From positions 23,188,001-23,252,000 of the forward strand of contig OX597823.1 of NCBI GenBank assembly GCA_951406725.2: 64,000 nucleotides of DNA, written 5' to 3'. Both the position numbers and the translations under genes were made by a program. Under the pieces are notes generated by a model. That model did no database searches. It was given only the letters and a program-made list of their open reading frames with translations, and was not told where the DNA came from. The DNA is from Octopus vulgaris. Its lineage: Eukaryota. Positions 1-9,951 of this stretch are shown here, in pieces; position 1 is the first letter of the stretch, and each line of letters opens with the position of its first letter.

Positions 1-435
1 ATCCTGTCTTAAAGGTATTTGATGACCTCACCAGTGCTGGTGCCACACATACAAGCACCTAGCTAACTTTTAAGTGGCTGTCATTAGGAAGGGCATCCAG
101 CTATAAAAAAGAGCATGCCACAGTAGACACTGGAGCTCAGTGCAGTCCTCTGGCCCATCAGTTCATGTTGAACCATACAACCCAAAACAACATGGAGTAT
201 ACAGTTCAACATGAACCCGACATCTATTACTGAAGAGATGGGACATGTTGAAATCACGTGATCATGCAGTTCCAGCATCCATAGCTGGGGATTCTTATCT
301 GCCAGTACCATGCATGTGCTTATATGCACATTGCATCCACAGGAGGTCTTCGAGTTAGATAAAATGGAGTATTTGGCACTAACAATATCCACAATAAGTT
401 GGAAATAGATTGCATTTTTATATATATATATATAG

Positions 436-466
<31 letters not shown>

Positions 467-772
467 AAGAGAGCAAGAGAGACACAGTGAATTAAGCAGA
501 CATGATGTAATAGTGAAACTGAAATGTCTGACAAAAGCAATTCTGCCATAGACAGCATCTATTTCTGTTTCTATCTACTTATAACACATGACAACCAAAG
601 CATCACAATTTAAACAGTGTGGTTCAAGAGCCACATATATAACTTTAACAGTGTCCAGAAATATTTTCTAGTGAATTATGATTGCATATTAAAATCATCT
701 TTTAAAAAAATTAAGACAAATGGCTATCACTAAGAACTTGTTACACACAACAAAGGTGACAAAAATACTTAC

Positions 773-790
773 TTCTCCACTTTCTTTGGC
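773..790 (-). CDS. Micro-exon gene, 18-nt exon: (A)PKKVE(K/N); gene continues beyond the window start. Probable ribosomal protein with a Lys/Ala-rich N-terminal extension (identity not determinable here)
   Basis: TCTTTTCTAG|GCCAAAGAAAGTGGAGAA|GTAAGT; phase 2-2. Joined peptide: MVAESKKGDKASKKAEATPKKAEAPKKVE. Confidence 0.75.
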
Positions 791-963
791 CTAGAAAAGA
801 AGAAAATATTTTGTTTAGTTACATGATATATTTACAAACATGGGATTATTGTTAATGTATTTCATGTATCGATATGAAACTTTTTATTACCAGTAATACT
901 TTATACTTTTAACTTTACTAAAGCCAATTTCCATTTACTCTTGCTGTTCTAATTGTCTTTTCC

Positions 964-1192
964 TTAACCCTTTCGTTACCAACCCGGCTGAAACCAGCTC
1001 TGGCTCTTTAGTATAAATGTCTTGTTTTCATAAGTTTTGAATTAAAATCTTCCACCAAATCTTAGTCACAATTTATGTTCTTAACACTAGCTGAATGATA
1101 ACTAAGTTATTTTACTAAATTCTTTGTTATATTTAAAATAATTGGAAGAAACACAGAGCATCTCAAAATAAATACAGTAACGAAAGGGTTAA
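964..1192 (+). mobile_element. piggyBac-type MITE
   Basis: TTAA-CCCTTTCGTTAC...GTAACGAAAGGG-TTAA; a reverse-oriented copy is at 59782-60000. Confidence 0.85.
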
Positions 1193-1246
1193 CAAGATTT
1201 TTTATATAATATCAATGTAGCAGTAGGACCAATATATAAAATATAA

Positions 1247-2708
1247 GGGGCTAAGGCAGTTTTGCACTTCTTGAAAAACACATTTAAAAAAAAAATTTTT
1301 CCCCGGATTCCTACATTTTAGATGTCAGAGATTTTTTGTTTCCTGTTTTAGATGACAGAGATTCCGAATATGCAAGAAACCACGTTTTCACAATTTTAAA
1401 TTCAATAAGCATATAGATATGTGTATGAAGATAGATAGATCTGTCTTCCTGGGGCTAAAAACAATAGTAGGACCACCACATTTAGTTGACAAATGTATTT
1501 TATGAATAAACGGACAAATGGAAGAAATTGGTCAAAAATAATATACGACCCTGGTTATGGTATGGAAGTGATAAATTCCAGACTACATCGTTCCCTAGGC
1601 CATGCCAACTAACATTATTTTCCCTGTATAAAAACTAAATCTACCGCAGCACTCAGTATTTTGATTCACAAACTTTGATCCCCCATTTTGTGTTTGTTTA
1701 CAATCTGCCTGAATTTGTTTCCGCATTGATCGCTTCAAACAATAACTTCCAGACCACATCGTTCCCTAGGCCATACTGACTAACATTAGTCTCCCTGTAT
1801 AAAAACTAAATCCACACCAGTACCCAGTATTTTGCTCCACAAATTTTCCAAACTTTGAACCCCCATTTTGTGTATCTGTGTAATTTGTTTCCGAAGTGAT
1901 CGCTTCAAACAAGCATACTGAAAAAAATAAAAGTCGAATGGTTTCACTCCCTAAGAAAGACCATAGATAAACTCTATCTCCTCAGAAAAATTGCTAATAA
2001 AAACATTTTTTAAAAGTTTTTACTTCATTCCGACGTAAAATCGTCTATGCTGTCGCTATTGCCACTTTGTTTCTTCGGAATCACCGCTTTCGGTTAACAG
2101 ATAAAAAATATCCTATTCATTATTGTACACCACATGCTTTTGTACCCCATTCATTCTTTTTCTCGATATCTTCCAATTTTCTGTTGAAAAAGCTTTAAAT
2201 TCAGAATCAATGCTTGATAACATGAAACTCCTATCCATTTTCAAAGTTGAAGAAAAATCGATGCCGAAAAAAATCTCCCAAAATTCACTGAGTTAAGATA
2301 TCAGTTCAAGCAATGTCGGATACTATAACCCAACTATTTACAAAGTGAAATCACATGTTTTAACGAATGTACCAACGAGATTTGGGTTCAAATTTACATT
2401 TAAATAACAATAGGTTCTCTCGGCCGGGTTGGTATTATGAACCAAAAATTTTTTCGGCCAGGTTAGTAACGAAAGGGTTAAGACAATCACAAGTAAAATG
2501 TTAATTCTTTTCACTTTAATGTTTTTGTCTGTACTTAAATTTAATTTGCATATGTTCTTTAATTCACTACACTATTATTAAAGCAAGCAAAATCAAAAAT
2601 TTAAATTGGTGGTAGGGGGAACTGTTTTTTTTTTTTGCCTGATCGTAATCTCTGACACATTTTTAAAAATGCATTTTTCAAGGAGAGGTGCTAAACTGCA
2701 TTAGCCTC
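1247..2708. mobile_element. Composite non-autonomous DNA transposon region
   Basis: Imperfect inverted ends (GGGGCTAAGGCAGTTTTGCAC.. / ..GTGCTAAACTGCATTAGCCTC), an internal ~170-bp direct repeat (1577-1912) and a piggyBac-like right end (GTAACGAAAGGGTTAA, ~2466-2481). A related end occurs at ~28995-29887. Confidence 0.5.
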
Positions 2709-2757
2709 AAATATAATATTATTTAACAATATCTTATAACAAAAAATAGATACTTAC

Positions 2758-2778
2758 GCTTCAGCCTTTTTTGGAGTC
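2758..2778 (-). CDS. Micro-exon gene, 21-nt exon (duplicate of 3407-3427): (A)TPKKAE(A)
   Basis: TTTTTCAG|GACTCCAAAAAAGGCTGAAGC|GTAAGT; phase 2-2; flanking intron is near-identical to that of the 3407 exon. Confidence 0.8.
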
Positions 2779-3247
2779 CTGAAAAAATAAAATGAATAAA
2801 ATGATTTATGTAAATGAACATGTCAATTTTTTACAAAATTACATTTCTTAATGAAAAAGACTAAGCTATGCTGCCATCATATCACAGCAGTATTATAAAA
2901 GGTGAACTGTTTTAGTTATAGTTATTCAAAGCTACATGTCAGTGGCAAAGATATGTGTGTGTATAAATTACGCATGCGTGTGTATATATACACATATATA
3001 TACACACACACACACACACAGATATATATTTATACTCTTTATCTTATATTAAACTTTTTAATACTTTTTGATAGTTATATTTATTAAAAAAATAAAATAA
3101 AATAAAATAAATATAAAAATTCATAAGTATAAATTAATTAACAAAATTTTTTAAATTTTAACTTTAAATTTAAATAATTTAAATTTTATTTCTATGTATT
3201 GGTTTATGCTTTTCACTGTTTGATTTGCCTAATAGTGGTTTTATCTC

Positions 3248-3286
<39 letters not shown>

Positions 3287-3406
3287 CCGTCCAACCCGTG
3301 CTAGCGCGGAAAACGGACGTTAAACGATGATGATGATATACATTTACACTAGCCTCAAATATAATATTATCTAACAATGTCTTATGAACACAAAATAGAT
3401 ACTTAC

Positions 3407-3427
3407 GCTTCAGCCTTTTTTGAAGCC
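3407..3427 (-). CDS. Micro-exon gene, 21-nt exon: (K)ASKKAE(A)
   Basis: TTTTTCAG|GGCTTCAAAAAAGGCTGAAGC|GTAAGT; phase 2-2. Confidence 0.8.
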
Positions 3428-3600
3428 CTGAAAAAATAAAATGCATAAAATGAGTAATGTAAATGAACATGTCAATTTTTTACAAAATTACATTTCTTAC
3501 TGAAAAAGACTGAGCTATGCTGCCATCATATCACAGCAGTATTATAAAAGGTGAACTGTTTTTGTTATAGTTATTCAAAGCTACATGTCAGTGGCAAAGA

Positions 3601-3656
<56 letters not shown>

Positions 3657-3678
3657 TTTACACTTTTTGTTTTTCATT

Positions 3679-3872
3679 TCATGTTAGCAGTATTGGACAG
3701 GGACCTATTTTGAGGGAGCAATTAACAGATGTTGTCAAAACAAACCTATTCTTCAAATGGGATAATTCTATTCCACTAGTCTTTCTAAACACAGAGCAAC
3801 AAGTAGTAATGTCAGTTGTGGAAATTAACATCAGAATTGCACTCAACTGGTGACAAACCAAGCCACAGAATA
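3679..3872 (-). ncRNA. Weaker candidate intronic H/ACA-like RNA
   Basis: Non-repetitive, less AT-rich island in the host intron with stems CAGUUG/CAACUG and UAGUGG/CUGCUA, an ANANNA box (AGACUA) and terminal ACA-UGA. Target not established. Confidence 0.3.
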
Positions 3873-4801
3873 TGAACATTTACATGCATATTATAATGTG
3901 CTTTTTATAGTTCCCACATACCAAATTCACTCACAAGGAATTGATCAACCCAGGGTTTATTGTATAAGAAACTTGCCCAAGAGTCACACAGTGGGACTGA
4001 ATCCAAAACAAACTTCCACTGAACACAACCACATGAAAATGAACTCTTCTGTCAAGTTAAAACATTGCCTCACATTCTACATTAAATTTTCATTACTATA
4101 TTTCTACTGAAATGATACAAATTGTGTGCTTTTATAAATTCTGAAAATAATTGCAACTTTTACATAATCTGGCAATATTTTCACTAAGTTCATTCTGTTT
4201 CTTTATCTAGGTTGGTGTCAGAAGTTATCAAAAACACAATATAATTTCCAAATCAGTACCTGGAGCCTTGTGCAATTATTAATCAACAAAACAATGCCTG
4301 TTGCAACAGAAATTACAGGGCATTGAGAATTCCCAAGCATACGCTATTTACTATGGAATTTTTTCAATGAGAGAAAAAATGTTATTTCAAGCCAACTTCA
4401 GTCTTTTAATTCCATTAATTCATCATTTGAATGTGCCTTTAAAACCAGATATTATAATCCACTTTTCTTTTTGATAACTACTACAGCATCCTGGTTTACT
4501 AAGAAATTAAATTACAACAAATGTATAAATATATGTCAAAGGGTAGAACTCTTGAAAAACATCTATCAAATTTACATGGTATTTGTGATTTCATGTCACA
4601 TGAAGAATACATTTTTATTTAGCCTCAACTGCAGCCCTGAAATAAACTTATGACCTCTCTAACAGTTGTCTTATTCTTTATCAAATCGAAGCCCACAAAG
4701 ACTTTTTAGGTATATGAGGATATAGCTATGATTATTCAATCACAGCCATTCATAGTCAACAGCATTGTCAATATTTTTTTTCAAATTGTATGACATTATC
4801 C

Positions 4802-5180
4802 ATTATCATCATCGCTTAACGTCCGCTTCCTATGCTAGCATGGGTTGGACGATTTGACTGAGGACTGGCAAACCAGGCTCCTATCTGATCTGGCAGGTTT
4901 TTACAGCTGAATACCTTTCCTAACACCAACCATTTCAAGAGTGTAGTGGGTGCTTTTACATGCCACTGGCAACGGCCATGCTCAAATGGTGTTTTTTTTT
5001 TTTACGTGCCACCTGCACAGGAGCCAGTCCAGTGGTACTGGCAACAATCTCGCTCAAAGCCAGTGTCGCAGGACTGGCTCATGTGCAAGTGGCACGTAAA
5101 AAACCACCATTTGAGCATGGCCGTTGCCAGTACCGCCTGTCTGGCCCTCGTGCCAGTGGCACGTAAAAGCACCCACAACA
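4802..5180 (-). mobile_element. RTE 3'-end / (GAT)n-tailed retroposon copy
   Basis: Same 3'UTR family as 9952-10400. Further copies at ~1-190, 3283-3335, 12001-12290, 20990-21510 and 54480-55018. Confidence 0.8.
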
Positions 5181-5321
5181 CTGAACTTGGCTACTATTCC
5201 TAGTAGGACAAGTACAACCACCTACGACAAGTTACACATTTATATGAAAGCAACGTTTCTTTTAACTATTTTATAAGGAGAACAATTCACTATGTTGAAG
5301 AAAGATAGCAAAAATACTTAC

Positions 5322-5339
5322 TTATCGCCTTTCTTCGAC
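5322..5339 (-). CDS. Micro-exon gene, 18-nt exon: (E)SKKGD(K)
   Basis: TTCTTCAG|GTCGAAGAAAGGCGATAA|GTAAGT; phase 2-2, in frame with flanking exons. Confidence 0.8.
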   Translation of the reverse strand, partial: VEERR

Positions 5340-5405
5340 CTGAAGAAGAAAAATGATTATTCATCAGTTATATGAAAGTAATAGAAAAAATTGGAAAACT
5401 GGGCT

Positions 5406-5507
5406 CAACTTTTTTATCAATTGTTATAGATCATCAAAGGGCACATACAGAAAGAGCAACTTTTTTATCAATTGTTATAGATCATCAAAGGGCACATACA
5501 GAAAGAG
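5406..5507. repeat. 51-bp perfect tandem duplication
   Basis: CAACTTTTTTATCAATTGTTATAGATCATCAAAGGGCACATACAGAAAGAG present twice. Confidence 0.9.
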
Positions 5508-5529
5508 CAACCTTTTTTGCATTGCAGGT

Positions 5530-6050
5530 AATAATGTACTTCAATCAGAAACAACATGCCATGATTGAGTTCTTGACAAAAGAGGGGTGTTTGTTGACTG
5601 TGACATCTACAAAAAGTTACAGATTATTTACAAAAACACCATTGACAAGAACAATGTGTACAGATGGATGAAAAATGTAACCACTAACACAAATCGCTAA
5701 CAAGTGGGAGGATTCAATTAGACATACGAGTGGCAATCTCTGAGTTTGCTGCACAACCAGACTGTGGTCACAATGCATTACAAAAGATAGGAGTCTGGGG
5801 AATCACATTAACACTTGATTTGAAGGAAAGAAGGATGGTTTGCTCTGATGCAAGCGTTTGAAGATTATGAAAATATTTTTCCCAATTTAGTGACAAGGGA
5901 TGAAATATAGCCATATTTCATGATCCAGAACTGAAGGCTCAGTTCATGGTATAGTGACAGTCCTTCTCCAAGACCTGAAACATTTAAGAACCAGCAACCA
6001 TCACAGAATGGGATGACAAGGGCCTCATTTTCCTCAACTTCAGTGAATTA
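5530..6050 (+). mobile_element. Highly degraded mariner transposase remnant
   Basis: Fragments QHAMIEFLTKEG (mariner N-terminus) and LVTRDEI..FHDPELKAQFM (cf. IVTGDETW..YDPE.K.QSM), with stops and frameshifts. Confidence 0.55.
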
Positions 6051-7214
6051 GGCTGGTCAATGGTCCTTCATTGAAATCCAACACCCTCCTCAAACTTCCA
6101 CCTATTTGATCTATTGATAGGCAGTCCCCAGGTTTACGAAATGACTGCAAAAGGTACATGAATGAGCAGCTCATTTTTTCAAAGACAATTCGAGTGTTAG
6201 GTCCAACAATAGTGCAGATGCATTGCCTGTGATAGAGGCTATGAGTAGTATCTTTGAATAGAAGAAGAGTTATTCTACTAATATGTGCAATTTGAATGAC
6301 CAACACCAATAAGTTGTCTTTTGTATTGTCTTTGTCAGAATCCAAGTGAAAACTTAAACAGGATATTAACAATATACGAATTTATTACACATACCGATAA
6401 AAGAGAAATAATTTAGTTGAAGTCAGACCAAACCAGAGGGAAAAAAATGTTCTAATCTATTAAGATTTTGTTTTTAGTGTTATTTTTTAAATTATAAATG
6501 ATCGGTTACTGCTATTTGCAGAGTTCAATAACACTGACGAATTCAAAATATAATGCTTTTAATCAAGTTACAAACGATTGATTTTGTTAGGGTAATGAGT
6601 ACATCTTAATATTAGCGACTAATTATCAATATCAGTCATTGATATTTACAAAGTTAAGAACCCCTATACGAAAACAAAAATCTCAATTCATATAATCTAA
6701 GGATGTTATATAATTCGCAGGAAAAAACAATTTCCATTAAAGGATTCAAACACCAAGCACTCCATAAGAGTACTAACGTACATTCGACACAACTCAACTA
6801 AGTCAATGAAACTGTTGAAGCAGGGCGCCAAGAATTTAAAGATTGATGTGTACAAAGTGATCAACCTCCTTGCATCTAGCTTCTAAAATCTAATTGTTGA
6901 ATGGCAAATTCTTCCCATCTTATAACCAATGGTGGCAAAGAATACGTACATTGGGTGTGCGTATTTTTTTTTTTTTTTTTTTACTTTCGCCAGTTTCAAC
7001 ACACAACACCGAAATAAAGTTTAACAGTTGCTCCATCACCAGTAACACTGAGCAGCGATAAATCATAAACATTTAAGGTATTTTATGTTCAGAATATTTA
7101 AGTCAAGTATACTTTCGTATGAAGGACATGTAAATCAATAATTCTGTTTGAAAATTAAGGTGTCGCCTTTAACCCCCGGGGCAGCCTGTGCAGAACAAAC
7201 ATTTCTGATTCAAC

Positions 7215-7380
7215 GAATGTGTCCAGGACAACCAATATTCCATATGCCCATCCCTTCAAAAACACTATGTGATTTGATGAAGGTGCCTACTATTTCTAGC
7301 AGTTCGAATGACCAGAGAGAGAAGACACGTTGATAGTTCCATCCCTTGAACAGAAACTTCTCTCGGAGTACAACAGCTAC
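7215..7380 (-). ncRNA. Candidate intronic H/ACA snoRNA (guide specificity like SNORA52/snR8)
   Basis: 5' hairpin has lower stem UAGCUGUU/AACUGCUA and upper stem GAGAGAAG/CUUCUCUC. The hinge is AGAAAUAGUA, followed by a second hairpin (CCUUCA/UGAAGG) and ACA 3 nt from the predicted end. Pocket strands CUC and GUCAUUCG pair around the conserved 28S sequence CGAAUGAU-U-A-GAG. Same strand as the host gene, in an intron. Confidence 0.55.
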
Positions 7381-7721
7381 ATGTCTATACATAGAGCCAC
7401 TAATGTCCATGACACGCATATACACTGAATATAAGATTTACAAAACTATTTTTATGTTATTAATCAATGACACTTTAAATGTTTTTAATAATCGTTAAAG
7501 AAATAACGCTTTTCTTATTTTTGCTCGAGCTTCTTTTGGATGTATTTCAGTGCCACATAAACATTATCCAGTAATTTTGATTCATTTGATTAAAATGTTT
7601 CATGTTATAGATTCCGCATGCAAGTATTTTTAAAATGTTGCCACAAAAAGATAAACTGATGCTGGGAAATTATACAAAGTTGATGTTATATATTTAATGT
7701 ATGAAGTTAAAATATACTCAC

Positions 7722-7732
7722 TCTGCAACCAT
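7722..7732 (-). CDS. Micro-exon gene, coding exon 1 (exon 7738-7722, ATG at 7732): M-V-A-(E)
   Basis: TTTTCAG acceptor ending 7739, exon GACATCATGGTTGCAGA, GTGAGT donor at 7721; ends in phase 2. Confidence 0.75.
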
Positions 7733-8108
7733 GATGTCCTGAAAATAGGGAAACAACACACAAAAAATAATTAGTATGCAAAATACATTAGATTTAGAAA
7801 TTTAAGTAAAAAAAAGAAGACAAGAAATAGCTGAACAAAATATAATTATTGCTTAAGAACACGTGTTAAATGATCGTATAAAAGAAATAACGAAAATAAC
7901 TCAGCCATGGAGTACGTTACCACGTTGTTGAACAGAATGTAGATTTTGAACGGTTAATCTATGATTTACAAAGGCATATAAATAATAATTACTATTAAAT
8001 TATATTAAATGAATATATACGATTCATTTGTTAATGTTTACGAAGAAAATTTACCTGTACAAATGCCGATGATAAAGGATTTAAAAGCGAGTAACAATAT
8101 ATACTTAC

Positions 8109-8191
8109 AATTTAGCTGACAAGTAACACTAAAAAGGAAGTCACGCAGAGAATTCTTCCTGAACAGCACGTCTGCGAAGAATACCGGAAGT
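8109..8191 (-). promoter_or_regulatory. Promoter and non-coding exon 1 of the minus-strand micro-exon gene (5'TOP/TCT-like start, ETS/GABP site)
   Basis: Minus strand reads GTGA-CTTCCTTTTT-AGTG (pyrimidine tract 8140-8131), then a GTAAGT donor at 8108. CCGGAAGT (ETS motif) lies at 8184-8191. This layout is typical of ribosomal-protein/TOP genes; the exact TSS is inferred. Confidence 0.6.
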
Positions 8192-8719
8192 TGATATTTT
8201 CTTCTTTAACATTTATTTCAGCAATAATCTTTTCAGTAGCAATGCTTTCTTGTATCGCTTGGTTTATTTATTTTTAAAATATTAATAAAATTATTTTGAA
8301 CAATTTCTAAAATTAAACTAAAACAATTTTTTTTTTAAATGTGGCTTAAAATTATCTCCCTTTGTCTCTTATTCTAATTCAAATTTCTATAATAGGCACA
8401 CTAGCTCATGAGAGCATGTGCTTGATCATATCAATCGGAATAACCTTACTACGGGATATGAGCTCCAAAAGTTTTTAAAAAGCGTAAATAAAGTGGCATT
8501 CCTTCGCATGTGTACCCCTCCCCACGATTTTTGTTGCCTCATAACTTCCAGAAAAATTTATATTTTTTAATAAAATTTCATCCAAATACGCTTCAGATGG
8601 TATAGATTCCGATTGTAACGGAATTTATTTCCGAGGATGGGGTGAGAAGTTTCGGGAAATTCATACGAGTTGGTTTTGTTTTCTCATAACTTTCAGAAAA
8701 TTTGGTGTTTTTTAATGAA

Positions 8720-9141
8720 ATTAAACGCATACCCTCCATCAGACACCTACCATATTCTGAGCGCCTTGTTTCCCTGGGCATGGATTCACTGAAGCTCCGG
8801 CGTCTGGCAACGGACTTGGTAAACACCCACAAAGTTATCAACCACCTCACCAACAACAACACTGAACACCTTTTTGATCTCCATGTGTCTAACACACGTG
8901 GACATGCCTACAAAGTCAGAAAACAACACAGCTCCCATGACTTTCGGAAACATTTTTTCACGCTCAGAGTTGCTGAAGCATGGAATAAACTGCCTGCGTC
9001 AGTTGTTGACTGCCATGACACTGCATCCTTTAAGGCCCTCATGCTTTCCGAAATCCGCCGAAACTACACCTGATTATATATACACTTTAGATGAGTTGTA
9101 GTGCACCTGAGCACTGTACACAATTATTATTATTATTATTA
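8720..9141 (+). mobile_element. 5'-truncated CR1-group LINE 3' end
   Basis: ORF2 C-terminus YSERLVSLGMDSLKLRRL..DL..TRGHAYK..FRKHFFTLRVAEAWNKLP, then GTGCACCTGAGCACTGTA and an (ATT)n tail. The same 3' end recurs at ~47480-47690 and ~56435-56465. Confidence 0.85.
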
Positions 9142-9951
9142 TAAATACTTTTCACTGTATGTAGGTTACGATTATATTGGAATTAAATATGAAGACTCAC
9201 TTGTTGAAAAAAACATCATCTACATTCACATTAGCAGTTTAGAAAAGCCTGTAGATATTCTCTGAACACCATTTTTTTTCTCTTGCTCGCACTAAATAAT
9301 AGTACTAATAAGAATTTTTAACAAAAACAACAAAGCAATTGACCAAATACTTACCGTAAATTTTTCTTTTCACCCGCCCGATTTTCACTATGGAAAAAAA
9401 AAAACCTCGGATTTTATGCGTGGAATCAAGTACCCTAACTTCCTAATATGCTGCAAATCCATTAGTTTTGTTCGGAAAAAGGGGGAGGGGCGACCGAAAC
9501 CTCCCCCTCCCCCATATCCGGGAATCATTGGAAATTTTTTTTCTTTTCGTTGAATGAATTCCGGTGACCTCCTAATACGCTACAAAACCCTTTTTGGGGT
9601 CCGGAAAACGCGATGGAGGGGGGGTGGAACTCGGAAATTTGACCACCACCCCCGTTTTCAAATATTTTTTGCTCTTTCTTTTTTTACCCGTAATTTTAGA
9701 TAACATTTTGCAGAAATACGTTTTCGAGAGAGTGTGGTTTACATTAGATTGAAAACTCAAGAAGTTTGAAATGAATATGTGAAAATGCAAAAATTATAGA
9801 AGATAGTGGTAACGAAGTGTGTGGAGAGATAACGAACGATAAATTCATATAAAAAAAAAAACACGTTAGTTTTGCATATATGTGTGAAGCGAAGTAAAAG
9901 TATATTAAAACAAAAATATCTTTTTCCTTCCTTTTAAAATCATTGGATATA

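Larger units (their letters stand above)
2702..3610. repeat. Tandem duplication (~650 bp period) carrying a micro-exon
   Basis: 2702-2960 and 3351-3610 are near-identical from TAGCCTCAAATATAATATTAT to GGCAAAGAT..GTGTGTG. Confidence 0.9.

Noticed and set aside
4253-4427. Possible C/D box snoRNA on the minus strand (ATGATGA...CTGA)
   Set aside because: Box spacing is either ~30 or ~175 nt, with no terminal stem or convincing rRNA antisense element.
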